Assembly: GCA_024641925.1 (NCBI GenBank)
Contig: JAHECB010000001.1
Location: 1 to 56,121, forward strand
Reading direction: 5' to 3'
Source of the DNA: Betaproteobacteria bacterium
Lineage (GTDB): Bacteria > Pseudomonadota > Gammaproteobacteria > Burkholderiales > Burkholderiaceae_C
DNA: 56,121 nt
The stretch's first letter is position 1, and every line of letters begins with the position of its first letter. A model generated the notes under the pieces. It had not been told where the DNA came from. It worked only from the letters and a program-made list of their open reading frames with translations, and did not search any database. This document shows positions 27,834 to 36,874 of the stretch, piece after piece. Both the position numbers and the translations under genes were made by a program.

Positions 27834-29213
27834 ATGGCCAAGACAATTTTTATTTGCCGCGATTGTGGCGGACAGCATCCCAAGTGGCTGGGCCGCTGCG
27901 CACACTGCGCGGCCTGGAATACGCTGGAAGAAACAGCGCCTGAGCCGGCCCCCGGCCCGGGCTCGGCCGGAGCCGTGCGCAACGGCCGCTTTCAGGCACT
28001 GGCCGCGCCTTTGCCGGTGGCCACGCTGTCCGAAATCGACGCCGCCGAAGTCACCCGCACCCCCACGGGGCAGGAAGAACTGGACCGCGTGCTGGGTGGC
28101 GGCATTGTCGAGGGTGCCGTGGTGCTGATTGGTGGCGACCCCGGCATCGGCAAAAGCACACTGTTGCTGCAGGCGCTGGACGCCATGTCCAGCCAGATGC
28201 GGGTGCTGTACGTCACTGGCGAAGAAAGTGGCGCCCAGGTGGCCTTGCGGGCGCGTCGGCTCGGGCTGTCGGGCAAGGCGGTCCGGGTGGCGGCGGAAAT
28301 TCAGCTGGAACGTATCCTGGCGCTGATCGACGGCGAGTCGCCAGCCTTTGTGGTCATCGACTCGATCCAGACGCTGTACTCCGAGCAGCTGAGTTCGGCC
28401 CCCGGATCGGTGGCCCAGGTGCGCGAATGCGCATCGCAGCTGACGCGGGTGGCCAAGTCGCGCGGCTGTACCGTGGTGCTGGTCGGCCACGTCACCAAGG
28501 AAGGCGCCCTGGCCGGGCCTCGGGTGCTGGAGCATATCGTCGACACCGTGCTGTATTTCGAAGGCGACACCCACAGCAGCTTCCGCCTGGTGCGCGCCAT
28601 CAAGAACCGCTTTGGCGCCGTCAACGAGATCGGCGTTTTTGCCATGACCGACAAAGGCCTGAAGGGCGTCAGCAACCCCAGCGCCATCTTCCTGTCCACC
28701 CACAGCGAACCGGTGCCCGGCACCTGCGTGCTGGTGACGCTGGAGGGCACTCGTCCGCTGCTGGTCGAGATCCAGGCCCTGGTGGACAGCGGCGGGCCCA
28801 GTCCACGCCGCCTGAGCGTGGGCCTGGACCGCGACCGCCTGGCCATGCTGCTGGCGGTGCTGCACCGGCACGCAGGCGTCAGTTGCATGGACCAGGACGT
28901 GTTTGTCAACGCTGTGGGGGGCGTGCGGATCGGGGAACCCGCAGCCGACCTGGCCGTGCTGCTGGCCATTCAGGGCAGCCTGCGCGGCCGGGCCTTGCCG
29001 CGGGGGTTCATCGCGTTTGGCGAAGTCGGTCTGGCCGGCGAGGTGCGGCCGGCGCCCCGGGGTCAGGAGCGCCTGCGTGAGGCCGCCAAACTGGGGTTTT
29101 CAGTGGCCGTGGTGCCCAAGGCCAACGCCCCGCGCAAGCCCATCGAAGGCTTGACCGTGCATGCCGTGGAACGCATCGAGCAGGCCATCGACGCTGTGCG
29201 CGGGCTGACCTGA
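27834..29213 (+). CDS. radA: DNA repair protein RadA/Sms
   Basis: C4 zinc finger, GDPGIGKST, KNRFG, GEVGLAGEVR. Confidence 0.97.
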   Translation: MAKTIFICRDCGGQHPKWLGRCAHCAAWNTLEETAPEPAPGPGSAGAVRNGRFQALAAPLPVATLSEIDAAEVTRTPTGQEELDRVLGGGIVEGAVVLIGGDPGIGKSTLLLQALDAMSSQMRVLYVTGEESGAQVALRARRLGLSGKAVRVAAEIQLERILALIDGESPAFVVIDSIQTLYSEQLSSAPGSVAQVRECASQLTRVAKSRGCTVVLVGHVTKEGALAGPRVLEHIVDTVLYFEGDTHSSFRLVRAIKNRFGAVNEIGVFAMTDKGLKGVSNPSAIFLSTHSEPVPGTCVLVTLEGTRPLLVEIQALVDSGGPSPRRLSVGLDRDRLAMLLAVLHRHAGVSCMDQDVFVNAVGGVRIGEPAADLAVLLAIQGSLRGRALPRGFIAFGEVGLAGEVRPAPRGQERLREAAKLGFSVAVVPKANAPRKPIEGLTVHAVERIEQAIDAVRGLT

Positions 29214-29327
29214 ACCGGCCTGAGGGCCCAAAGACCTTGTGAAAGCCCGCCACGCCCCCAACTGCTGAACTGGCTGCGGCATTCAGGCCGCCACCTCGAT
29301 CCGGCCCGTTCTTTTGAAGGAGCCCTC

Positions 29328-29594
29328 ATGTTGCTCAAGCGTTTGTCGATGCTCTGGTCCATGGTGCGCGGTGATGCACGCCTGCTCTGGCGCGCCCTTC
29401 GCCACCCACAAGCACCCGCCTGGCTGATGCCCGCAGCGCTGGTGGTGGTGGTCTATGTGCTGTCGCCGCTGGACATCATTCCGGACTTCATCCCGGTGCT
29501 GGGCGTGATGGACGACATCGTGCTCATCCCCCTGGCCATGCGCTTCCTGCTGGACCGGCTGCCGCCGGGGCTGCGCGCGGACATCGCGCGCTGA
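29328..29594 (+). CDS. YkvA/DUF1232 family membrane protein
   Basis: YVLSPLDIIPDFIPVLGVMDD; AAGGAG RBS. Confidence 0.9.
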   Translation: MLLKRLSMLWSMVRGDARLLWRALRHPQAPAWLMPAALVVVVYVLSPLDIIPDFIPVLGVMDDIVLIPLAMRFLLDRLPPGLRADIAR

Positions 29595-29604
29595 CAAGCC
29601 CGGA

Positions 29605-30366
29605 TCAGCGCCCCAGGCGCTGCTCGCGGCGCCATTCGCGCAATCCGTAAAACACACGGCGCAGTTCGTTGCCGAGCCGGTAACGAAACGCCGGCAGCCG
29701 CTGGAGCAACGCAAACTTGCGCTGCATGCCGGGTGGCGCGACGATGGTCGACGCAATGTTTTCGTCATGCCCACAGGGCGTGGGCGTGGCCAGCCGCACC
29801 TTCAGGCCCAGGCGCCACCCCTGATCAAAGACATGGTCGTAGGGCAGGCTCATGGGCAGCAGGTGCTGCAGATAGGTCTGGGCTGCATGCCGGTTCACGA
29901 CATAAGCACTGCTGCCCGTACAGCGGCTGAGCATCACCGCCAGCTGGCAACCCGGCGCCAGCTCCAGCACCGGCTGCGGCGTGCCGGAATGCACCGCCGA
30001 CAGCTTGCACATGTCCCACCGGGCCGCATGCTGCTGCAATCCCTGCAGCACGGCCGGCAACTGTGGGTGCAGCAGCACGTCGTCTTCCAGCACCAGGGCA
30101 AACTCGGCGTCGGACGCCACAAACGCCTGCATCACCGCCACGTGCGACAAGTAACATCCCAGCTCGCCCAGCACGGGCGACATGCCATGCTTTTGCCGGT
30201 AAGTGGCATCGTCCAGCAGCGCCTGCTGCGCGGTCGACATCGTCTTCGCGTCCACTGCGCTCAGCCGGTTAAAGGGCAGGTTCAGGGCCTGCAGTTGCGC
30301 TGAAATGCGCGCCAGCCGCTGCGGCGCGCGATCCAGATTGATCACCCATGTTTGAAAACCACCCAT
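29605..30366 (-). CDS. Glycosyltransferase family 25
   Basis: VINLDR..R, AVDA, GELGCYLSH, LVLEDD, AYVVN. Confidence 0.92.
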   Translation of the reverse strand: MGGFQTWVINLDRAPQRLARISAQLQALNLPFNRLSAVDAKTMSTAQQALLDDATYRQKHGMSPVLGELGCYLSHVAVMQAFVASDAEFALVLEDDVLLHPQLPAVLQGLQQHAARWDMCKLSAVHSGTPQPVLELAPGCQLAVMLSRCTGSSAYVVNRHAAQTYLQHLLPMSLPYDHVFDQGWRLGLKVRLATPTPCGHDENIASTIVAPPGMQRKFALLQRLPAFRYRLGNELRRVFYGLREWRREQRLGR

Positions 30367-30427
30367 ACCCGCGATTCTCAGCCAAGCACGCAACGCGCCA
30401 TCGCACGCTTCACAGCGGCCACCGGCC

Positions 30428-30865
30428 ATGACGGCCTTGTGGGGTGGCGTCCTGGCAGCCCTGGCCTTGATCGCGGGCTACGCCGCCTACGGCTGGCCCG
30501 GCCTGGCACTGGGGGCCACCGTTGTGGTCTTCTGGCTGCTGCTGCAATTCAGCCAGGCCTTGCGGCTGATGCGCCAGGCTGGGGCCCGACCCATGGGCAG
30601 CGTGACCAGCGCGGTCATGCTGCATGCACGGATGCGTACCGGCCTGCGGCTGGCCGAAGTCATGAAATTGACCGGCAGTTTTGGCCGCAACACCACCGAT
30701 GCCAGCAGCAGCCCTGCACCGGCCGACACCGAAGTGTTTGTCTGGTCAGACGCTGGCGGCGACAGGCTGGAAGTCACGTTGGTTGCGGGCAAAGTGAGCC
30801 GCTGGCGGCTTGAACGCGCAGCCGTTGATTCAAACGGGGCACCTGTCGCCCAAGCCGACGCCTAA
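30428..30865 (+). CDS. Hypothetical membrane protein (2 TM + small soluble domain)
   Basis: Two N-terminal hydrophobic helices; fills gap before ilvE. Confidence 0.7.
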   Translation: MTALWGGVLAALALIAGYAAYGWPGLALGATVVVFWLLLQFSQALRLMRQAGARPMGSVTSAVMLHARMRTGLRLAEVMKLTGSFGRNTTDASSSPAPADTEVFVWSDAGGDRLEVTLVAGKVSRWRLERAAVDSNGAPVAQADA

Positions 30866-30956
30866 AATCTGCGCCCAGCCCGCGTCTGCGGTCGCTGACC
30901 CTGGTCTCACCAAAACCCGACGCCTCAACAGGCGCCAAGCCCCGAAGGAATACCCG

Positions 30957-31880
30957 ATGTCGATGTCCGACCGCGACGGCAAGATCTGGATGGACGGCCA
31001 ACTGGTGGAGTGGCGCGACGCCAAGATCCACGTGCTGACCCACACGCTGCACTACGGCTGCGGCGCCTTTGAAGGCGTTCGGGCCTACAAGACGCCCCGC
31101 GGCACGGCCATCTTCCGCCTGAAGGAGCACACCGAACGCCTGTTCAACAGCGCCAAGATCCTGCGCATGAAGATCCCCTTCACCCATGAACAGGTGGCCG
31201 AAGCGCAGCGTCTGGTGGTGCGCGAAAACAAGCTCGAAAGCTGCTACCTGCGCCCCTTGGTGTGGATTGGCGACAAAAAGCTGGGTGTCAGCCCGCGCGA
31301 CAACACCATTCACCTGATGGTCGCCGCCTGGCCCTGGGGCGCCTACCTGGGCGAAGAAGGCATGAAACGCGGCATCCGCGTCAAGATCAGCAGCTACACC
31401 CGCCACCACGTCAACATCACCATGACGCAGGCCAAGGCGGTCAGCAACTACACCAACAGCATCCTGGCCAACATGGAGGCGCTGGACGACGGCTACGACG
31501 AGGCGATGCTGCTGGACGCCTCGGGGTTTGTCAGCGAAGGCGCGGGCGAAAACCTGTTTGTCATCAAGGGCGGCGTGGTCTACACCCCCGACCTGAGCGC
31601 CGGCGCGCTGAATGGCATCACGCGCAACACCATCTTCCACATCTGCCAGGACCTGGGCCTGAAGCTGGTGGAAAAACGCATCACGCGCGACGAGGTCTAC
31701 ATCAGCGACGAGGCCTTTTTCACGGGTACGGCGGCCGAAGTCACGCCCATCCGCGAGCTGGACCGCATCGAGATCGGCACCGGCAGCCGCGGCCCCATCA
31801 CCGAAAAGATCCAGGCCGCGTTTTTCGACATCGTCAACGGCCGCAACGACAAGTACGCCGATTGGCTGACCCTGGTCTGA
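30957..31880 (+). CDS. ilvE: Branched-chain amino acid aminotransferase
   Basis: HTLHYG..FEGVRAY, EGAGEN, LNGITR, EAFFTGTAAEVTPI; AAGGA RBS. Confidence 0.97.
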   Translation: MSMSDRDGKIWMDGQLVEWRDAKIHVLTHTLHYGCGAFEGVRAYKTPRGTAIFRLKEHTERLFNSAKILRMKIPFTHEQVAEAQRLVVRENKLESCYLRPLVWIGDKKLGVSPRDNTIHLMVAAWPWGAYLGEEGMKRGIRVKISSYTRHHVNITMTQAKAVSNYTNSILANMEALDDGYDEAMLLDASGFVSEGAGENLFVIKGGVVYTPDLSAGALNGITRNTIFHICQDLGLKLVEKRITRDEVYISDEAFFTGTAAEVTPIRELDRIEIGTGSRGPITEKIQAAFFDIVNGRNDKYADWLTLV

Positions 31881-31893
31881 AGCCCAAGACACC

Positions 31894-32121
31894 ATGAACA
31901 CACCCAACACAACGGCAAGCACCACACCCAAGGCCGTGGTTGAACTGGCCGGCGCGGATCTGGTCGGTCATGGCAGCACCTTCTGCCCGAACCCGCGCAT
32001 GCCGCTGTGGAGCGGTCATCCCAAGGTGTTCATCGACGTGGGCACCACGGGCGAGGGCCGCTGCCCTTATTGCGGCACGGTGTACCGGCTGAAGGCTGGC
32101 GAGCAGTCCCACGGCCGCTGA
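31894..32121 (+). CDS. Zinc-finger (zf-CHCC) domain protein
   Basis: C...HPKVFI...CPYCG. Confidence 0.88.
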   Translation: MNTPNTTASTTPKAVVELAGADLVGHGSTFCPNPRMPLWSGHPKVFIDVGTTGEGRCPYCGTVYRLKAGEQSHGR

Positions 32122-32145
32122 CCGCCGACATTGCCGCGGCAGGGC

Positions 32146-34983
32146 TCAACGCTGACGGCGCACAAAAACCACGGCTGAACGTGCCGGAACGGTCACCGTG
32201 CCGGTCGCTGGCACCCATCGCGCTCCTGCCACCACCCGCGGGTCGGCGGCGTCTGGCGCCAGATGTGCCGGGTGCAGGGCCCAGGCCTTGCCTGCTTGGG
32301 CAGGCAGCGCCACCCTGGCGTCGGACCTGTCGGCGTTGACAAAGTACATCAGCTCGGCAAAGCCGGCGCCCCGCAGTCCCTGGCCATTCAGGTGGCCCGC
32401 CACCAGCGTGGCCACCTGGTCAGGCCCGGTGTTCAGCAGCGTCAGGCGCTTGCTGACCTGGGCAGCGGTGGGCAAGCGAAACAAACGGCTGCTGTTGCGG
32501 ATGCGCAGCAGGTCCAGAAAAGCGTCCCGCGTGAAGCGGATGTCTTGGGCGGCAGGCTTGAGGGCTGCATTTGCCAGGCGCGGCGCCAGGGCGGGCCACA
32601 GCGCCTGGTTGTCCTGCTGCGGCGGCAACCCAGTTCCCCAGAAATTGGTGCTGGCGCTCCAGTCCAGGCGGTTGAACCAGTCGCCGCTGTCGTAGCTGTT
32701 GCGGTCGCCGCTCTTGCTGCGCAGCAGTTCGCCGCCGGCGTGGAAATAGGCCGCACCTTGGCTGAAGGCCGTCAGCGCCAGGCCCAGCACCTGCACGCGG
32801 GCGCGGTCTTCGGCGCTGGTGGCCACAGGCAGCTTCAGCGTGTTGATGTCGAACAGCGTCTGGTTGTCGTGGTTTTCGACGTAGTTCACCACCTCGCCGG
32901 GTTGGCTGGCAAAACCGGCGCCCTGGCCGGCGTAGTCGATGCTGTCAAGCGTCTTGCGCCGGCCTTCATAGGTGGTCATGCGGTAGCTGCGCAGCGTGCC
33001 GGCCAAGCCCACACGCACGAGGTCGGCAGCGCGCATCAGGTCGGCCTGGGTCGCGGGTGGGTCCAGACTGCCATTGGGGTCAGCGTACAAGCCGTTGACC
33101 CAGCCTTGACGCTGCACGGTCTGCTGGGCATCGTCACAGCAACCGCCTCCCCGCGCGGCGTCGCGGCCACGGTCGCTGAAACTGCCGATGCCGCTGCCGT
33201 TCAGGCTGTGCTGCGAGGCCTGCACAAAACGCGCGCCGTCTTTCACCTCGCCAAAATTCCAGCCTTCGCCGATGAGCGCGATGTGCCGGCCCGCGGCGCG
33301 GTCCACGGCGCGCTGCAGGCGCAGCATCACATCACGCGGCTGGTGGCCCATCAGGTCAAAGCGGAAGCTGTCGATGTGGTGGTCGCGCGCCCAGATCACC
33401 ACTGAATCGATCATCAGCTTGGCCATCATCGCGTGTTCGGTGGCGGTGTTGGCACAGCAGGTGCTGTTTTCCACCGTTCCCTGCGCGTTCAAGCGCTGGT
33501 AGTAACCGGGCACGATGCGGTCCAGCACACTTTTGCTGTCCTGGCCCGCCGCCGAGGTGTGGTTGTAGACCACGTCCATGCCCACACGCAGGCCGGCGTT
33601 GTGCAGCGCCTGCACCATCTGCCGAAACTCCAGGATCCGCACCGCGCCGTCGGCGGGGTCGCTGGCGTAACTGCCTTCCGGGGCGGTGTAGTGCCAGGGG
33701 TCGTAGCCCCAATTGAAACAGTCGGTGGCTGAATGCGCCATCACGGCGGCCTGTTGGTCGGGGCTGTCGGGTGCGGCGTTGGCGGGCACTGTGGCCGTGG
33801 TGCAGCCCCGTTCAGGCACGCTGGCCAAGTCGAACACCGGCAGCAGGTGCACATCCGTGACCCCCGCTTCGGCCAGGCGCCGCAGGTGCTGCATGCCCTG
33901 GCTTTGGGTTTGTGTGAAGGCGGTGAACTTGCCCCGATACGCTCCAGGCACCGAGGTGTCGCTGGCCGAAAAATCGCGCACATGCAGCTCGTAGATGACG
34001 AGGTCGGTGTTGGACTCCACCGGCGCCGTGCGCACCTTGCGATCCCAGAGCGGCGGCTTCAGCGCCGGCGCGTCAAGCCGTCCGATCCAGCTGCGCTGCG
34101 AATCGGTGGACAGGCTGAGCGAATACGGGTCGGTGACGCGGTTTTTCACCAAGCCCACACCGGGCGCCACCACATCAACCAGGTAGGTGTAGTAATGGCC
34201 ACTCCAATCCTGCGCCAGCCGCAGGGACCAGATGCCGGTGGCTGGATCGGGCTGCAGCGACAGCACCTTCTCCGCACCCGACGCGCCATCGGGGTACAGA
34301 CACAACGCAACGGCCTGCGCCGTCGGCGCCCACAACTTGAATCGGGTGCCGCGCCCGCCGCGCAGCACGTGCGCGCCCAACGTGGTTTCACGCTGCGCTT
34401 TTGAAAACAGGACGTCCAGCGCACGTGCATGCTGCACGCGGGTGGCCTGCGTCACCCGGCCTTGTTCATCTTCCTGCACCAGCACCAGCTGCGCCTGGTG
34501 CAGGGCGTGCAAGCGGCGCTGCACCGTTGTCGGCACCGCCAGCACCGGCCCTTCTGGAAACCAGCGCCACGCCTGCGCCAATGCGCCGGGCAGCGGCTTG
34601 TCATGCAGTAACAAGGGCACGGCGCCATCGTGCCCGTGTGCGTATTGGCCAGGCGCCGCCACGATACCGGCCTGGCGCGCATGCAGCAGGCGGTAGCGAA
34701 GGCCTGCCCCTGCCGACTTCAGGCCGCCCCAGCGCAGCAGCCGGTCATCCAGCCAGGCTGCCGCTGCGCGCAAACCCACCATGTCGGGGGCAACCGGCTG
34801 CAAGGTGAGGCTGTGTGAACCGTCGCCCGACCGGTTGCAGGCTGAGAGGCCCGGCGTCGGCGGCGTCTGGGCAACAGCCATTGCGCTGGAGGCCAAGGCC
34901 GACGCTGCCAATAGCGACAAGCCGGCCTGTCGCCACCGCCGCCCGACGGGATTGAGCCCGCCCACGTTTGAACTGGATTGCAT
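32146..34983 (-). CDS. Secreted pullulanase-type alpha-1,6-glucosidase (GH13)
   Basis: Signal peptide; IYELHVRDFS, FNWGYDP, DVVYNH, FRFDLMG, GEGW, YVENHDN. Confidence 0.93.
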   Translation of the reverse strand: MQSSSNVGGLNPVGRRWRQAGLSLLAASALASSAMAVAQTPPTPGLSACNRSGDGSHSLTLQPVAPDMVGLRAAAAWLDDRLLRWGGLKSAGAGLRYRLLHARQAGIVAAPGQYAHGHDGAVPLLLHDKPLPGALAQAWRWFPEGPVLAVPTTVQRRLHALHQAQLVLVQEDEQGRVTQATRVQHARALDVLFSKAQRETTLGAHVLRGGRGTRFKLWAPTAQAVALCLYPDGASGAEKVLSLQPDPATGIWSLRLAQDWSGHYYTYLVDVVAPGVGLVKNRVTDPYSLSLSTDSQRSWIGRLDAPALKPPLWDRKVRTAPVESNTDLVIYELHVRDFSASDTSVPGAYRGKFTAFTQTQSQGMQHLRRLAEAGVTDVHLLPVFDLASVPERGCTTATVPANAAPDSPDQQAAVMAHSATDCFNWGYDPWHYTAPEGSYASDPADGAVRILEFRQMVQALHNAGLRVGMDVVYNHTSAAGQDSKSVLDRIVPGYYQRLNAQGTVENSTCCANTATEHAMMAKLMIDSVVIWARDHHIDSFRFDLMGHQPRDVMLRLQRAVDRAAGRHIALIGEGWNFGEVKDGARFVQASQHSLNGSGIGSFSDRGRDAARGGGCCDDAQQTVQRQGWVNGLYADPNGSLDPPATQADLMRAADLVRVGLAGTLRSYRMTTYEGRRKTLDSIDYAGQGAGFASQPGEVVNYVENHDNQTLFDINTLKLPVATSAEDRARVQVLGLALTAFSQGAAYFHAGGELLRSKSGDRNSYDSGDWFNRLDWSASTNFWGTGLPPQQDNQALWPALAPRLANAALKPAAQDIRFTRDAFLDLLRIRNSSRLFRLPTAAQVSKRLTLLNTGPDQVATLVAGHLNGQGLRGAGFAELMYFVNADRSDARVALPAQAGKAWALHPAHLAPDAADPRVVAGARWVPATGTVTVPARSAVVFVRRQR

Positions 34984-35062
34984 GCCGCCCATGGTAGCCA
35001 CGCGTGGCGGCAGGGGGACACCTCCTCTACATTGCGGGACTTCGCCCTGACCCCGTGTGCCC

Positions 35063-36739
35063 ATGCCCCGACGTTCGCCCTACCTGAGAGCCCGATGGGC
35101 GCTGCCCCTGTGTTGGCTGGCCACAGCCGGCCAGACGGCCTGGGCCGTCGACGCTGCGGTGGACACGACGCCGGTTGTGCAGACTTCACAAACCAGCGCA
35201 TTGCCCGAAGGCTGGCAGCACGGCGCCTTCATGGAAATCTTTGTGCGCGCCTTCAAGGACAGCGACGGCGACGGCATTGGCGACCTGAAGGGGCTGACAC
35301 AGCAACTGGACCACCTGCAAGACCTGGGCATCCGTGGCATCTGGCTGATGCCCATCACCGGGAACGCCGATGGCGACCATGGCTACGCCACCACCAACTT
35401 TCGCAACATCGCCCCCGAATACGGCACGCTGGCCGACTTCGACGAATTGATCCGCCAGGCGCACCGGCGTGGCATCGGCGTGGTGATGGACTACGTCATC
35501 AACCACAGCGCCGCCAGCCACCCGCTGTTTGTGCAGGCGCGCCGGGGGCCTGATGCGCCCTTCAGGGACTGGTACGTTTTCAACAAAACAGCGCCGGCTG
35601 GCTGGGACATCTGGGGCAAATACCCCTGGTACCACGTCGCTGCCCAGCCCTGGACCTGGCACGGCGAAGTCAAGGACATGCCGCTGGCCGCGGCTGGCGC
35701 ACAGGACTTCTACTTCGGCACGTTCGGGCCCCATATGCCCGACTTCAACTTCAAGAACCCCGAGGTTTTGGCGTTCCACGAGAGCAGCCTGCGCTTCTGG
35801 CTGAACCGCGGGCTTGACGGCTACCGGCTGGACGCCGTGCCGCACCTGATCGAAAACAACGCAGTCGACTGGAACAACCAGCCACAAAGCCGCATGTTGA
35901 CCAAGCGGCTGCAGGACCTGATCAAGGCCTACCCCAGGCGTTATGTGGTGTGCGAAGCCACCGCAGAACCGCAGCAATATGGCGATGCAGCCGTCTGCGG
36001 CGGCGCATTTGCCTTCGGCTACGTGCACCATTTTGTTGAAGCTGCACGCGGCAAGGCCGAATCGGTCAACAAGGTGGCGAACTTCTACCTGAAGGCCAGC
36101 CCGAACATGGCCACCTTCGTGTCCAACCACGACATCTTTGCGGGCCAGCGGCTGTGGGACCAGGTGCAAGGCGACGAAGCACGTTACAAGCTGGCGGCTG
36201 CAGCCTACCTGTTGCAGCCGGGCACGCCGTTTGTCTACTTTGGCGAAGAAATCGGCCAGGCCGGTGTACCGGATCTGCCGGGTGATCAGCCACTGCGCAG
36301 CCCCATGAGCTGGTCAGCGACAACCGCCGGGTTCAGCGCCGGCCAACCGTTTCGCCCGGGCTCGCCGAACAGCGCGCACTACAACGTGCAGGTGCAGCGT
36401 GCCGACCCGGCGTCGATCTACCACTTCTACAAAGCGATGATCGGGTTGCGCAACCGCTGGCCCTCGATCGCCCGCGGCAGCTACGAAGCCGCTTTTGCAC
36501 AGGGCCTGGTGGCGGGCTGGCAGCGCCGGCTGGGGCAGGAGCACACGCTGGTGTTGATCAACTACGACACCAGCGGCCAGCAGGTGCAAGTGCCCCAGGT
36601 GCCCCGCGGTGCGCGGCTGCTGCCGTTATGGCCAGAAGATGCAGTGCCCGCGCGTGCCCGATCGGCCGCACTCGGCCAGGGCGAGGTATCGGTTTACCTG
36701 CCCCCACAGAGCCTGCGCGTGTACCAGGTGCGCCGCTGA
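35063..36739 (+). CDS. Secreted alpha-amylase family glycoside hydrolase (GH13)
   Basis: DSDGDGIGDLKG, DYVINH, GYRLDAV (nucleophile), VCEA, NHD, GTPFVYFGEEIG. Confidence 0.92.
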   Translation: MPRRSPYLRARWALPLCWLATAGQTAWAVDAAVDTTPVVQTSQTSALPEGWQHGAFMEIFVRAFKDSDGDGIGDLKGLTQQLDHLQDLGIRGIWLMPITGNADGDHGYATTNFRNIAPEYGTLADFDELIRQAHRRGIGVVMDYVINHSAASHPLFVQARRGPDAPFRDWYVFNKTAPAGWDIWGKYPWYHVAAQPWTWHGEVKDMPLAAAGAQDFYFGTFGPHMPDFNFKNPEVLAFHESSLRFWLNRGLDGYRLDAVPHLIENNAVDWNNQPQSRMLTKRLQDLIKAYPRRYVVCEATAEPQQYGDAAVCGGAFAFGYVHHFVEAARGKAESVNKVANFYLKASPNMATFVSNHDIFAGQRLWDQVQGDEARYKLAAAAYLLQPGTPFVYFGEEIGQAGVPDLPGDQPLRSPMSWSATTAGFSAGQPFRPGSPNSAHYNVQVQRADPASIYHFYKAMIGLRNRWPSIARGSYEAAFAQGLVAGWQRRLGQEHTLVLINYDTSGQQVQVPQVPRGARLLPLWPEDAVPARARSAALGQGEVSVYLPPQSLRVYQVRR

Positions 36740-36874
36740 AATCACCAAGGCGCCAGCTGCGGTTTCGGCCGCTATGATGGCTTTTTGGTTGCGGTACGCA
36801 CTGCCGCTGGGTGTGCGTCTTGCGGGCTTTCCGGGTCAGGCCGGGCGGTACCGGCCTCCTTGTCCTCTGCCCCG

